A program made the translations under genes and the position numbers. The notes under the pieces are model-generated. The model ran no database searches. It saw nothing but the letters and a program-made list of their open reading frames with translations, and had not been told where the DNA came from. 64,000 bases of DNA, taken from contig SMSO01000032.1 of assembly GCA_004764695.1 (NCBI GenBank), forward strand, positions 6,852,483 through 6,916,482, in the 5' to 3' direction. How positions within the stretch are numbered: position 1 is the stretch's first letter; each line of letters begins with the position of its first letter. Shown piece by piece: positions 39,480-51,933 of the stretch. Source of the stretch: Schizochytrium sp. TIO01 (taxonomy: Eukaryota; Protista; Bigyra: Labyrinthulomycetes).

Positions 39480-40745
39480 TCTGATATTTTTTGGGACGCC
39501 CCCCACGTAAACATAGCAATTTTATTTGAACCGCAGCTAGGTTCTGACCCATCCACATTGGTAATGCTCTAATATCTTATCCAAAGGTAAAAATACGTCA
39601 CCATCGCAATCCAAATTTAGTAAAATGATTAAACATGAAGAACTGTGCTGTTTTGAACGGTTAACTACGCGCTGCGATATTCTGGTCAGATGGAAACATC
39701 AGTACCCCTTCTTACTTATTTCGTGACATTGATATACTCCAGGTAGCACTTTGTCAACGCGTTTTAATAACTGATTAGTTTCAATCTTTCTTTACAAAGA
39801 ACAAGGCTTCTGCCATTCTGGCTTTGCTTTGCACTGGGAAAATACATTAGAAAATTGGAGTCAAAAGGTCCCTGATTTTGATTTTAGTAGCACTCAGCAG
39901 CATCAAATTTGGAGATGAAACTCTAATCTTTTGTGAGGGACAGAGAGTTCTTTTGATGCGTTGAATATTCAGCATTGACTGTGGATCAATAATGAGGCCA
40001 AGGCAATCAATTTCTATATAGGCTTTCTGCCCTTTCATCTATATAAAAAAAAAAATTCTCAAATTTCAAACATTTTAATGGATCTCTGGTTGCATATTTA
40101 CGCCTGTCTGGCATTTGAAAATAATAGTCTTGAGGTGTTTGAATTCATAACTTGAAGATGCATTGAACTGTTTCTGTTTAACATTTTTGATAAAACATTG
40201 ATAGATCTACAATAGCGAACCCTTTCCTGGGAAATTGGTATGAAATGATAAATATGTTCTCTTGCTTCACATAGTATCATTCTCAGAGTGTCAGTCAAAA
40301 TTTAATGTTTCGATGGAAAACTCCATAACATGATGCTTACTCTAACCAAAGGGGGAAATGTAAAAACTTTCTCTCTCTCATGCTAGGACCGTAGCTCTCT
40401 GCTTCACACCTTTGTTTTACTACCTAGACATTATTATTCAGTATATTATCAAAGCAATGGAAAGGATTGAAATTGATGGGCTGTGCCATCCGTCCATATT
40501 GTAGCATCACTAATAATGAGATGAAATAAAATAAACATTTGCAGCACTGAGAGTTGCGATAGCTCAATTAAAGTAGGCCCTAGACGTGGGATGGTGGACT
40601 TGCGCGTGCCACTTATTTTGTTCGGATACCTACGTCCATTAAATAAGGCTGCAAAAGTACAACTAATGTGGTTAAGTATATGATAAGAAGGCACGCGTGC
40701 ACTCATGGCGAAATACGAACAGCCAACAGTGTTGATATCCAGGTT
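39480..40745 (-). mobile_element. Decayed Ty3/Gypsy pol (protease-RT-RNase H)
   Basis: Collinear motifs: 'LDINTVGCSYFAMS...FILFHLIISDATIWTD' (protease-like); 'FAIVDLSMFYQ...IQTPQDYYFQMP/GVNMQPE' (RT); 'EIDCLGLIID...RIKRTLCP'; 'GTDVS' (RNase H TDAS). Confidence 0.6.
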
Positions 40746-41489
40746 ATCTAGCTAGATCAAAGGCTGGATCAAAATTGAAATTTTGAATAAAATGTATCAT
40801 CGCGTCAACTGCTCTTACATAATAGGCGAAGCATCATGCTGCGCATACAAAGGCGTACGCTCACTTTTTGATGAAAAAGAACTATTTGTTATTTGAGCTT
40901 TTAAGTAGGTGGCTGCCTGAATGATCAAAAACTCACGGAAGTCGCTTCTGTTTGTCAATTCTGACATTTGTCAGTTTCTTTATTGATTAAAGATTAGCTA
41001 AATGAGTGCACCCAGGTACAAAAAGCTTTATAAAGCTAAAGTTTTTTCTCTAGTTAATCATACAAGCAGATATTTGAAGCCTGGAATTTAAAGCATCCTT
41101 GCACGTAGCAGTACTTCGCGCTATTCCATTTGCCACCTCATATTTTAGAACTTGGTACTAGCTCTTAGCTGTTGTGTCCTCGTCTTGTGATCAACATTCT
41201 TTCTTTTAGTTTTAAACGAGATAATATTTTTTTTTTTTAACTCTTCAAATAAAAGTCCAGAAATATTGAAAGTTGTTCCTCTATTATAGGACCTTTCTTA
41301 TATCGTCATTCCGTTTTTTGCTATAGTAGGTAAGAAAGATTAGAAGACTTATACGGGATATAGAAATTAAGTTAATAAAATACAATTAAATTATAACAAG
41401 GACTCTGTATTTTATTTTATTTTATTTTATTTCTTTAAGCGTGAAATACATATAGGAGATTTACAATTTTAATTTAAAAAAGTCTTTTA

Positions 41490-41886
41490 ACATTCTGTTA
41501 CATTCGCGGAATTAGAGAGGGAATAAATGTTTAATTTTCTTCGGAAATAATTATTCATGAATTTATCAAATAATCCCCGTCTCAAAGTTCTGTTGAACAC
41601 CATAGAACTACATATGAGCACTTATTCATATTAGTTCGTCGGAAACTGAGAGCCTCTTCCCGTTACGAGAGCGATTCGTATAAAAGCTACGTACATTTCT
41701 GGCATCTGAATGGCCAACATACCACATAATTTTATTTCTTTTTGTTGATGGAAGTCTTCCCCAGCCGCGTGTCCAAAGAATTTGGAAATGTTATAGGCTC
41801 CTGGAAGCAACTATGAAATATATAACACCAAACTTCCAGCGCGTGCAGGGCCGTTGATTCCCCATGCCAAGGACTGCTATTACAGT
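41490..41886 (-). pseudogene. Peptidyl-tRNA hydrolase (Pth1-type) pseudogene fragment
   Basis: Ordered remnants 'VIAVLGMGN..P.TRWKFG' (cf. LIVGLGNPG..Y..TRHN.G), 'FPT/TNMNKCSYVV' (cf. KP.TFMN.SG..V) and 'IHE*L..KKIK....RECN' (cf. HDELD..G.IK...GS..GHNG). Confidence 0.45.
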
Positions 41887-44800
41887 GCACGATGATTCCC
41901 GAGTGCGGGTATTGTGCTTTTTTGAACCTCCTTTGTAAGTAATGGGGTCGAGGATTAGACCTTCCGCATCAGGATCATGGTGCGAGGCCCGAGACGTATG
42001 GCTTCCGACGTTACTCTGTCTGAGATGAAGGAATATTGTGAGGTGGGAGGAGTACCAAGTGCGAACGAAGGATAAATTATAATGCCTCAGACTTTCTTCT
42101 TCGTCGGAGTCCACACATGTGCAAATCAAGGCTACTTTCCTGTTTAGAAGAAGCCTGGAATGAGACCTCACGAAATTTAGCAAGACTGGAGTTTAGATGA
42201 CCTTACACTCTACTCTGCTCGCACATATACTTTTGCCATATCTTGTTTAGTTCGGGTTTCGTCCCCATCTTCTCTTTCTAGGCGGCAAGTTATTTGCCAT
42301 AATCATCAGCCAGTCTTTCCAAGGCCAGGATTGGTTATAGAGATTAAATTAGTTTCATGCTACTCTTTGTGGTAGATCCCAAATTGTTGACTCAGAGCCT
42401 ATACTCATAATCAAGGAGCGCATTGCATGTTCTTCTCTCTCTAGCAAATTGCTGCAAGTAGTTGAAGATTTAGCAAGCGCGATTTTTTCATAATGCTAAC
42501 ATTTGTGGGATCATCACAAAATAAACAATAAAAGTAATGAGTATCAGCTATACTTTTGTCAGAAGCAGCGAACCCTCCGCGGATTCCGAAATTTTGAGGA
42601 GTATAATGTAGCCATTGTAATTATGCAAATTCTAAACTCTATCCAAAATCATGAATTTAAGTGGAAAAAACAATGTTACTTACCACTTCCTTTTTTTTTT
42701 CAAGACTTTTAGTTTTATTCTACAAAGAGATACTTCTTTACCATGAGCCACTAATAATTCTTTGTAAAGACATTCTCTATTACAAAAAAGCCTTAAACCG
42801 AACATCGGCTTTTACCTCCGCCGCCGTTGGTAGAAACGGTCGCGTAAGAGAGACGAACACATTTATGAACCTAGACACTTGGGAAACCATCTGTTAGCCC
42901 CTACTGCAGCAGGATTTCTTTGTTGCTGCCATCTTGCCACTATCAGAATGCTGACAGGAAGCACTTTTCCAATCGCGTTAGAGTTGCTTAGCCCCTAAAA
43001 ATCGACTGGATTTTCACCCAACAGAAGACTCCCACGAACTGCTTTCGAGCCTAATATTTATTACCAAGGTAATGAACTACCCTTACTCAATTGAGTGAGG
43101 TCCTGATCTTGGACGACTCCTATCTCCAAGGGATGGAAAGTAGTGAAATACAGTCCTGACCTCACCAACCTCCCTTGGCATGAAAGGCGCAAGGCGCGTG
43201 TTCAATCGCTTTGCAAGTCAGCCAGTCAGCCAGTCAGCCAGTTAGCCAGACGGATAGACAGAGAGACAGACAGACAGGCCATCCCAATAGTCCAGGGATT
43301 CACAACTTCGCAAAGGCTTCTCCTTTGAACAGACCCATTACAACGACGTACATCAACGTAACCGACAGGAAAAATAAATCACTCAGAGAGAGGGTACCTC
43401 AGGTAGGTACCTACTTAAAGTGCGTGTGAGGAGTTATTGATCAATTGCTAAGTAGATTTACGAACTGCTGAATGCGACAGTGGCGCTGGCAGGATAATTC
43501 AACCTTGAATCTGAATTCGAAGTCAACTCAATCGAATTCATTCGTTTGTTGGTTCAGGTTAAACCTCTCGTGCGGCTCGTTCATTGGAGGAGTTGCTTTG
43601 TTCATTCCGATATATTTACTCCTTCATTGCCCATTTGTAAAGTGATGCTTGAATGCATGTATGCATTGGTCGTTTCAAATAGAGAAATTATCTCAATTAT
43701 TTCTCTAACTCACGTGGAAACGGCAAAAATATTTTCTTGACCTGGCGCGCTCGTATGCTTGCCAACGCAAGGACGCCTCGTACTCGCAAAAAATGTGCAG
43801 CAGATCTTTCTTCTGAATTTTGTTATTTGTTATTTCTAATTATTATTACTTAACCTTTCTTTCTTTTTCAAGTGTTTTCTTTTGGAATTATTTTGACTGT
43901 TTGTTTGTTTTTATAAAATGTTTTTTTACATAGATAGGCCTACTGCCTATGCTCTCTGTTTTCATAGAAAGAGCCTAGAAGTAACTAAAGGTTTAGGTCT
44001 TAGGTCTTCCCGTCGACTTCGAGTTCCGCCAACACGAAGCACGGCATCGCGTGCGGCGCCTCTTCTTCATAGTTCCAGTGAGCCCATTACCAGTATGATC
44101 TTACAGCCAGGCTTAGCTGAAGGCTGAGAATGAGGAGGTCGTCGACGGAGGGGCTTTTGGCTGCCATGCGAACAATTCAGAGGGCCCGTCTGAGGCTGCT
44201 CCTCAGCCTTTTCTTACTCCTCGGCCCTTCTTTTTTGCGGGGACTCTCTTCTCCTCTCTTGCAAACGAGATGTCCACAAAAAGAGCCACGAGAGAAAAGG
44301 CGGCTGCGGCTTCAAGCATTCATTCGTTCATTCATTCATAGCCGATTGATTGCCTCTGCCAAGTAAGCCAGCCACACAGTTAGCTAGTTCCCTTCTCTCT
44401 CTTCTTTTCTCTTCTTTTCTCTGCTTTTCTCTTCTCTCTCTTCTTCTCTGTTGGCTTTTCTTTTACTCAGTTTGCTCGTCCTCCCTCAGAACCGACAGTA
44501 ATAGCCTCAATAAGCAGCAGATCTGGGGACTTCTCGGCCCAGTGACGACGGGCCTTCAAAGTCCCCCCACGACTGGCAGCTAGCTACGGGTCCAGCTGTC
44601 CTGGATTGATAAGCTGCGTGAGGCGCCGCGGGGTTCTTTGACTGGCAACTCGCGGTGGGCTCCCTAGCGTGCGTGGCCTCTGAGATCTAGCACGTCACAA
44701 GAACGTGCTCGCAATCAACGCTCACACTGAGAGCTGAGCGTGTCTGCACGAGTCAAACGAGTGGTGTTGGGAGCGCAAGAGAAACAAGGATAACAACGCA

Positions 44801-46442
44801 ACTTAAGTGTAGGTAGGTAGATATACCTCAGCTGCTGCTACTCGCCACAGAACTTGAGATCGAAAGGACCAAGATTAGATGCCAGGTACTGTGTCTATCT
44901 ACCCATCATGTAGGCAGGTACCTTCCTAATCTAATATTTCGTGGACGAGCATGATTTGAGGAGGATGAATTGATGGTTTTAAAGTCTCGGCCAGCAGTCT
45001 CATCCGTATTAAGCTTTCCTTTTGATCTTCTTCGTTTGGCTCAGAATCAAGTCCCAACGACGGACCAGCAGTGTGCAAGCCTCTCTCTCTACCCCGGCGG
45101 AAGACTTCGTCCGGCTGGCTAAGCTCTTTCTTGGCATCGGCCCGACCTCATGTGGACCCGGCGGCATTGTCGGCATGCATCTCGGCCGTTGACTTTAAAG
45201 AGTTTTGGTGAGGGGATCCATCACTGTTTGTACAAGCAAATAGACTAATAACGGCAGCACGCTCTAATATTCTTCTATTCAATGGCAGAAAAGGTGTTAC
45301 TTCCCTGCTTAGGGTATGGCGGTGAATGGATAGAAACCTGCTCATCAAAGAAGATGGGTGGGTGGAAGCCACGAACCATGAACCATGAACTCCGCCTCTC
45401 GAGAGTCCCTGGTACGTACCCGAGTAACGTCAAGGGGAGGCCTGTTCTATGTTGTGCCTCTCTCATCTCATCTCGCTTGCGATGCGGAGTCTAGATATAC
45501 TTGCAAGAAATCTCTCACTCAAACTCAGTTGCTTTTCAATTAATTTGTTTGTTCACTTGGTTTAGACTTAATCATCCATTCGTCCTCGATAGTCTAGGTG
45601 GGGTTAGGGAAGTAAGTGGGTGGGTAGGTTACATATCTATCAAGTATTCCCAGCAGCTTCAGAACCTGTACCTTGACGTGGCGTGCGTGGGGAAGTCGAA
45701 CGTACGCTCTGTCAAGTTTCGCAGGGGAAATGACCTACAATCCGCTCGAATTAGAACCTATTGGTAGTAAGTAGTAAATATTAGAAATTACTAATCTCAT
45801 ACTACCATGGCACCAGACTTGGTGAGAGAAAACCGAAGCCACACAACTCCTTTCCTTGAAGGCTGCTTTCTTCTTCTTTAATGAATGCAACGTAGTCTTT
45901 TTGAGAGAAGTTACAACTTTTCATTCCGAAGCTTTCGAAGTTCTGTTGGCAGGAAAGACAGGAAAGGTGGAGATCCCCACACAGCCATTCCTTTTTTCCT
46001 TTTCTTTTTTCCCTCTAATCAATTAAAAACATACTTCAATTAGAATCATAAATTGATACTCATATGCTTTCATTATCTCTCACATTGAGCTCTTTTTTAA
46101 ATTTAAATGTTAATTTAAAAGAAAAGTTTGTTTTTATGATGTAAGGAGTGAAAAGAAAATAGCATTGTTTATTGAGATGCCAACAGCCATGTACAAAACT
46201 TGACAAGGAAGGCTAAAACGTGGCTAGTTGGTGTTAGGTGTCTTGCCAAGTTCAATATTAGTTGAACGATGAGTGTTGAACTACGCGGTAAGAAGCCTAT
46301 ATTACTAAGTTCGCAGGTACACTTATGACAAGAGGGCTATACTCAAAAGCTGATCAGAAGCGACGGCAGCAATCGCTGAGACAAGCGCATACACAAAAGT
46401 CTTGAGATCGAAATACATGGTCAATGATCAAGAGGTTGCTTG

Positions 46443-46452
46443 TCATCATCAT

Positions 46453-46492
<40 letters not shown>
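46443..46492. repeat. Compound (ATC)n(AGC)n microsatellite
   Basis: Directly visible. Confidence 0.9.
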
Positions 46493-46494
<2 letters not shown>

Positions 46495-48623
46495 ACTGGG
46501 CAGTAATATCACACCACCCTTGTAGGGCCATCGCAGCACCAAGCCTTGTGCAGCGCCAAGTTCTCGACATGCCGTATATCAGCAGTAATACCAGTCTTTA
46601 ATTCTCGATACTCTGTGATACAATAATAGGAACTCAACCTTTAAGGAATATAGAGGAGTTACAGAGTTGATGTAGAGTTACAGAATATCGCAACAGCATA
46701 TTTAAATGCGGGCCTACAGTGCAACAATCGTTGCTTGTTTGCAGGGAGCCTGATATTGAGTATTTGCGGGCCCTTGCATGTAAGTATATTCTTTAGGTTC
46801 TCTACCATTCATCTTCATACCAAGAAGCTTAAAGTTCCATCGCGATTCATTGTCTCTACCCAATACAACACTCAGAACAACCTCCAGGCATACATGCATA
46901 CTTTTTTTAATAGAAACACCTCATTAACCCAAAAGCTTCACAGATTTTAGTAGAGAATAGCTCTGCAAAATATGCAATGCAAAAACGTTCACTGTCAGGC
47001 ATATGGTCTCGATCCATCTCCTCAGAAAACGATCCTAGAAAGCATGCCTACCCTACCTAGGCACCACCTTCTACCTGATTTTCTCTGTTCTGAAATAAAA
47101 TAATTATTTTAAATTAGCTTTATTACTTTAAACTTCATTATTATTACGGAGTTAACAGAAATATTTTAAATAAGAAAAGCGTTATTACTGATGAAAAAGG
47201 TTCTTCGTAGAATTTTAGAGGGTCGTGTTCAAGAGATAGGCACAGTTCCTTGCAGTCCCCAGATTCCCTCGCCTCGCTATTGTAATAGATCAGAAGAGTA
47301 CTCGGATCTGGTTTTTATGAGTTCTTTTTATAATCTGGACCCTCTTGATTAGTCATTTCGAAGAAAAAAAGCAAGTAAAACTAGTAATTTAGTTGAGCGG
47401 AGCAAACAATTTATTTTTTAAATAAACAATAATAAGTTCCAAGCGGGTAAATTAAGCGCCTAAATTTTGTAAGAAAAAAGAATGGGTAAAAATACCATTT
47501 TAACAATTTGCCCGCATGCTTCCCTTCTGGCAAAGTACCATGGTTTCATTTATGTAACTTTTTCTGCCCTAGAACAAGTGCATTGTCCCTATTTGTCTAG
47601 AAACAGCCCTGTAACAACTTTCTTCTCGTGTCCTGAGTACGATTATTTAAGTATCTCAGGCGAGACCTGTTATGGTGGTAGGCCTTACCTCCTTCGAAGC
47701 TACACTGAAATGGTGACACTTGGCTGTTGATATTGTTATTTTAAAAAGTTTGCAACATATTCGTCGTCGTCAAGATTCCTTGGGAAATTTTGAGCTCTTG
47801 GCATTTCGACGAGTTTGGTGCCTGGGTTCGCGGTTTCCTCGCGCGCAGAAATTGAATGTGCCTCTAACAGACATTTATGACTGCTACCGTAATGGCCCGA
47901 GCGCCCAGGCCTCGCAGTTTCCAAACGTTTGACACTTTTGAGGGCCTTAACCAAATGCATTCCAGCCACAGGTAAGGAAGCCTCACAACGGTGCATAGAT
48001 ATAAATCCACTTCCTAAATTGTTTAGGCATTAACGTATAACTAACTTGTCTATTTTGCAATTATTGTTCTATTCTCAAAGCGAGGAAGACTAGTGCTTTA
48101 ATAGTTACATGAAGTAATTTTGCTCAAGTTTGCATTGCATTGAAATGACTCCCTAATTAGGGTTTGATGAAATGTTTGCAAAAATTTCTAGACGCACCGG
48201 CACATGTTCTCCGGACATTTGAACTTGCAAATCTATAATCTAATTTTGAGTATTTTAAAACTCCTGCAACAACTAATATATGCACCATTCCTAATGAATG
48301 CCACCAAGTTAATTTCTATCTATTTTCAAAATCATGGCAAATCGTGGTCATTTATAGCACCCAAATCTCTCGCAAAGTCGTTTGTTGAAAACAAACTAAT
48401 TTAAAATAAATGTATATAAATTAGTTTCCGAGAAAGCATCTTCACTATAGGCTTAAACTTTTCTTACCATTCGTTTTTGAGATCGATGCGTAAACAGTCC
48501 CTCCTTGATGCAAAGATTTCAATAAGGTTTTATAGTAACTAGTTGGAAAGGGAAGCTCAATTCAAAATCTAAGATAGAGATTTCGAACATGTGTGCAAAT
48601 TTTAGAGCTTACAAACGTAAAAA

Positions 48624-51320
48624 TCAATCAAGCAAGCGATATACACCTCCAGCGCATTTCAGAATGTAACATTGCTGGTTTAGAACTTCGATAAGTTCTT
48701 TAAAGTCTGGGATTTCGTGTAAAATTTTGGCCCGTTGCGCCTCAGCTTTCATTTGCTCCATTGTAAATTTTGTATTTCCTTGTTGACGTGCGACAATTTT
48801 AAGTTGAGCCACAAGAGATTTGCATAATTTTGCCATAGACATACCGCCGCTCCTTTGTAAGTCAATGACCCCTGTGTCATCTGTGAAGGCATCCAGCAGA
48901 GATTCTTGCATTAATGAAACAATGTCTTCAGCATCTGCTTCCGTTACGATATCACGAAGCTCAAGCTTTGCACGGGCCTGAGCTAGTCGAACCAGTGACT
49001 CGAGTTGACGTGTGGTGATTGGCGTAGATTCGCATGAACTGCCCTTTTCCCTGAGTTCCATGTAGAAAGCTTGCAACACTCGGCAAGCACCTAGGCTAAG
49101 CTTCGGGTGGCAATAATGCTTTGCAAAAGCTAGATACTTTCGCAATAATTCTGCAGGCAGGGGATCCGTGCCTTCGTAAGCCTTTACGCGTTCATGCAAA
49201 TATGACTGCACAGACTGCTCAAGGGGACGAGGTTGTCGTGGCGGAGGTTGTCCGCGTCGACGACCATCGATACGACGTCGTTTTGATGCCTGACTTGAAT
49301 TGCCATGATGTTCAGAGTTCCCTCTTCCACGTTGCAAATGCATGTCCACTACATATTCTGCAATATTTCCATCATGGTGATCGTTGGGACGATCTACAAG
49401 AATAAAAACTAAATCGAATCGAGACAAGAGAGGGGCGCTCATACGTAGATTTTCAAGCACGGTCCGATTACGGTTGTATCGACCTCCAATTGGATTAGCA
49501 GCCGCTAGAATCGCAGTTCTTGCCGATAAAGTGCAAACAATACCAGCTTTCGCAATAGATATAGACTGTTGCTCCATAGCTTCCAAAAGTGCTGCTGAAT
49601 CGCACGTCATCTTATCAAATTCATCAATGCAACAAACGCCTCTATCTGCTAAAACTAGAGCACCCGCTTCAAGAGAATGCTCCCCATTCTTATCCTTGCT
49701 CATTGTCACCGTCAGACCAGATTGAGAAGCAGTATTACCACAAACATAGACTCCACGGGGGCTCACAGCAGCAGCCGCTTTTAGCATTTGACTCTTGCCT
49801 AATCCTGGGTCGCCCACAACAAGAACATGTGCGTCACCACGAATTGGAACAGAGTTTTTTCGGCCTACTACGCCCGTGCCTCCAGCAAGCCCAAGAAGGA
49901 GGCCAAATTTAACATGTTCTTGGCCCAAAATCAGTGGGCACAGACTATATACTAAAAATGAGTAATCGAATCGCTCCGACACCATTTGAATCATATGATA
50001 GTCTTTGTCTGTTAGATTTGCGACAATGTCATTTTTTTGTTTATTTTCTTCACTCATCCCCATTCGATGATGTAAAACGCGATGTTGACTATCGCTATTC
50101 CCAGCAGCGCCGCCACGAGCAGCTTGTAAAACTTGCACGGCACTATCCTGGCTTGCATTACTCATACGCACTCGACTCAGTTCGGACTGTTGGCTGGACA
50201 CTGTTCGAGAGGGTTGACTTTGCCGGCCACGTCCCAAGCTAGACTGAGCACCAGACTCTATGCTTACTGACCCCGATACGGCCCGAGCGTCAGACGTTTG
50301 TCCAGAAGATACCACAAGAGACTTTGTCTCAATTGCATTAGCTTCAAGAATCAGTAGCAAAAGACTCCCTTCCCGATTTTTCCCTTTCGCTCGTGAGCCT
50401 TTACCAGTAAGACTTTCAGCATTCAAGGCTTTAACAATCCCACATATCGTCACCACATCTCCTGGAACGACCAAGTCTACCAAATCTTCTGTGAGCTCTA
50501 CATCAATGGTACGGGGCACAGAACCTGAGCTACCTGAATTCGATGCCTCGTCAGTTTCTTGCAGGCGTATTAACTGGAAGTCAACTGTAACTGCTGTGGC
50601 TTTATCTGCTTTGAACGTCTTTCCCTTGCAATCTTCATTCTCACAATGTGTAGGGGGTGCAAACTTGCCATCAGGCATGCTCTTGCAGATGCTTTCCCCA
50701 CATCTTGGGCAGTGAAAATCCATGCGCTTCACCATTGGCCTTACACCTGATACACGAACCACTGTGCCTCTCACAGCCACGAATTTGCCTAAATGGCTCG
50801 ACTTTAGCGCCCGAATGCTCGTCAGTGGTCTGTAAGCCACAAACCTAGCATTAATACGATTCAGGATGGGGTTTAATCCATTCTCGGGAGACTGTCTTTG
50901 TCGCATGCTGCAGATCGCAAGCCCTAGGCAACTCAAGGTCATCTTTGCATTCGATTTTAATGACACCGCAAACTTGGCCAAAGGGTCAGACTCAGGAATC
51001 GCAGAGCAAAACTTTCGAAAGTCAAAGACAACCTCTGTTGCTTTCTCAAGGTCGACGCCGTGCAAAAGTGCAGCTCCCGGGCCAGTTTCAGGTGCCAGGA
51101 ACCCTCGGAAAAGCTTCACCGCTCGCACCCAGGCGTGCCCTGGGTCAAAATCATCGAATGGGAAAAATAACTCCCAGTTTTCACGCACGAGAGCATCCTC
51201 TTCATTCAGACCTACGCTCTCTGAAGCACCTGAGTGGTTTCCATCACCATTGGGCCCAACATCGTCATCCAGATGCCCACGGCCGCGACGACTACCTTCA
51301 TCTCGGCGTTGCGGAGGCAT
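48624..51320 (-). CDS. MCM8: DNA helicase MCM8 (MCM AAA+ family), intronless
   Basis: OB fold (GKFVAVRGTVVRVS), Zn finger CPRC...C, Walker A GDPGLGKSQ, Walker B CCIDEFDKM, arginine finger SRFD, 'TPITTRQLESLVRL', and an MCM8-type C-terminal winged helix (...LNQQCYILK). First ATG is at 51320; the ORF track begins at a TTG. Confidence 0.93.
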   Translation of the reverse strand: MPPQRRDEGSRRGRGHLDDDVGPNGDGNHSGASESVGLNEEDALVRENWELFFPFDDFDPGHAWVRAVKLFRGFLAPETGPGAALLHGVDLEKATEVVFDFRKFCSAIPESDPLAKFAVSLKSNAKMTLSCLGLAICSMRQRQSPENGLNPILNRINARFVAYRPLTSIRALKSSHLGKFVAVRGTVVRVSGVRPMVKRMDFHCPRCGESICKSMPDGKFAPPTHCENEDCKGKTFKADKATAVTVDFQLIRLQETDEASNSGSSGSVPRTIDVELTEDLVDLVVPGDVVTICGIVKALNAESLTGKGSRAKGKNREGSLLLLILEANAIETKSLVVSSGQTSDARAVSGSVSIESGAQSSLGRGRQSQPSRTVSSQQSELSRVRMSNASQDSAVQVLQAARGGAAGNSDSQHRVLHHRMGMSEENKQKNDIVANLTDKDYHMIQMVSERFDYSFLVYSLCPLILGQEHVKFGLLLGLAGGTGVVGRKNSVPIRGDAHVLVVGDPGLGKSQMLKAAAAVSPRGVYVCGNTASQSGLTVTMSKDKNGEHSLEAGALVLADRGVCCIDEFDKMTCDSAALLEAMEQQSISIAKAGIVCTLSARTAILAAANPIGGRYNRNRTVLENLRMSAPLLSRFDLVFILVDRPNDHHDGNIAEYVVDMHLQRGRGNSEHHGNSSQASKRRRIDGRRRGQPPPRQPRPLEQSVQSYLHERVKAYEGTDPLPAELLRKYLAFAKHYCHPKLSLGACRVLQAFYMELREKGSSCESTPITTRQLESLVRLAQARAKLELRDIVTEADAEDIVSLMQESLLDAFTDDTGVIDLQRSGGMSMAKLCKSLVAQLKIVARQQGNTKFTMEQMKAEAQRAKILHEIPDFKELIEVLNQQCYILKCAGGVYRLLD

Positions 51321-51933
51321 GGGCAATTTCCGCAAGTCCAGGGCACTTGAGGAGCAGAAGTGAAGGATTAACCACGGCAGGCACGCTGCGAAGATGGGGC
51401 TTAAAGCGGTAAAACGGCGTAGGCGCCGCTTAGAATGGGTCTGCGGAACCTTGCCAAGGATTCTAAAGGATAAGAGAACATTTTTCTTTCTAAAGCATTT
51501 CGAATTTTCTAACCATCACATCCTATAGTTCTTTCATATTGGAATACTGTAAGATTGGTACTAGTGGTACCTAGTAGTTCAGGGTGGCGTTCTTTATCAT
51601 GTTTTTACTCTCCTTCGTTCGGACCATCGCATAAAAAGAAATTAAAAAGAATTTGTTGCTCTCGAGAGTAGTACGCACCAACACAATACAGGCGCATCAT
51701 CATCAGGATTGAAAAAGAACTGTATAAGAAAGGTAGTGATATGTGTAAACTCTGAAGTTCTATATTTAAGTGTTTTGGTTGGGAGCAGGTAGTTTGTTTT
51801 ATGATGTGCATTCTGAATACGTCTAAATTTGCTCGTTTTCGCCCAAGTTGCGTGTGCAGAAGGAGCCACCACAAATACTTCAGAAGGAAGCATGTCGAAT
51901 TTGGAGATAGGGATGTTAATATATGGCAGGAAA

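Noticed and set aside
45326-45385. 'RNLLIKEDGWV', resembling kinase subdomain VIb-VII
   Set aside because: Single motif with no HRD/DFG or other collinear support.
49121-51412. Plus-strand ORFs overlapping MCM8, and similar ones opposite the other genes
   Set aside because: Antisense or alternate-frame shadows of real CDSs with no recognisable motifs.
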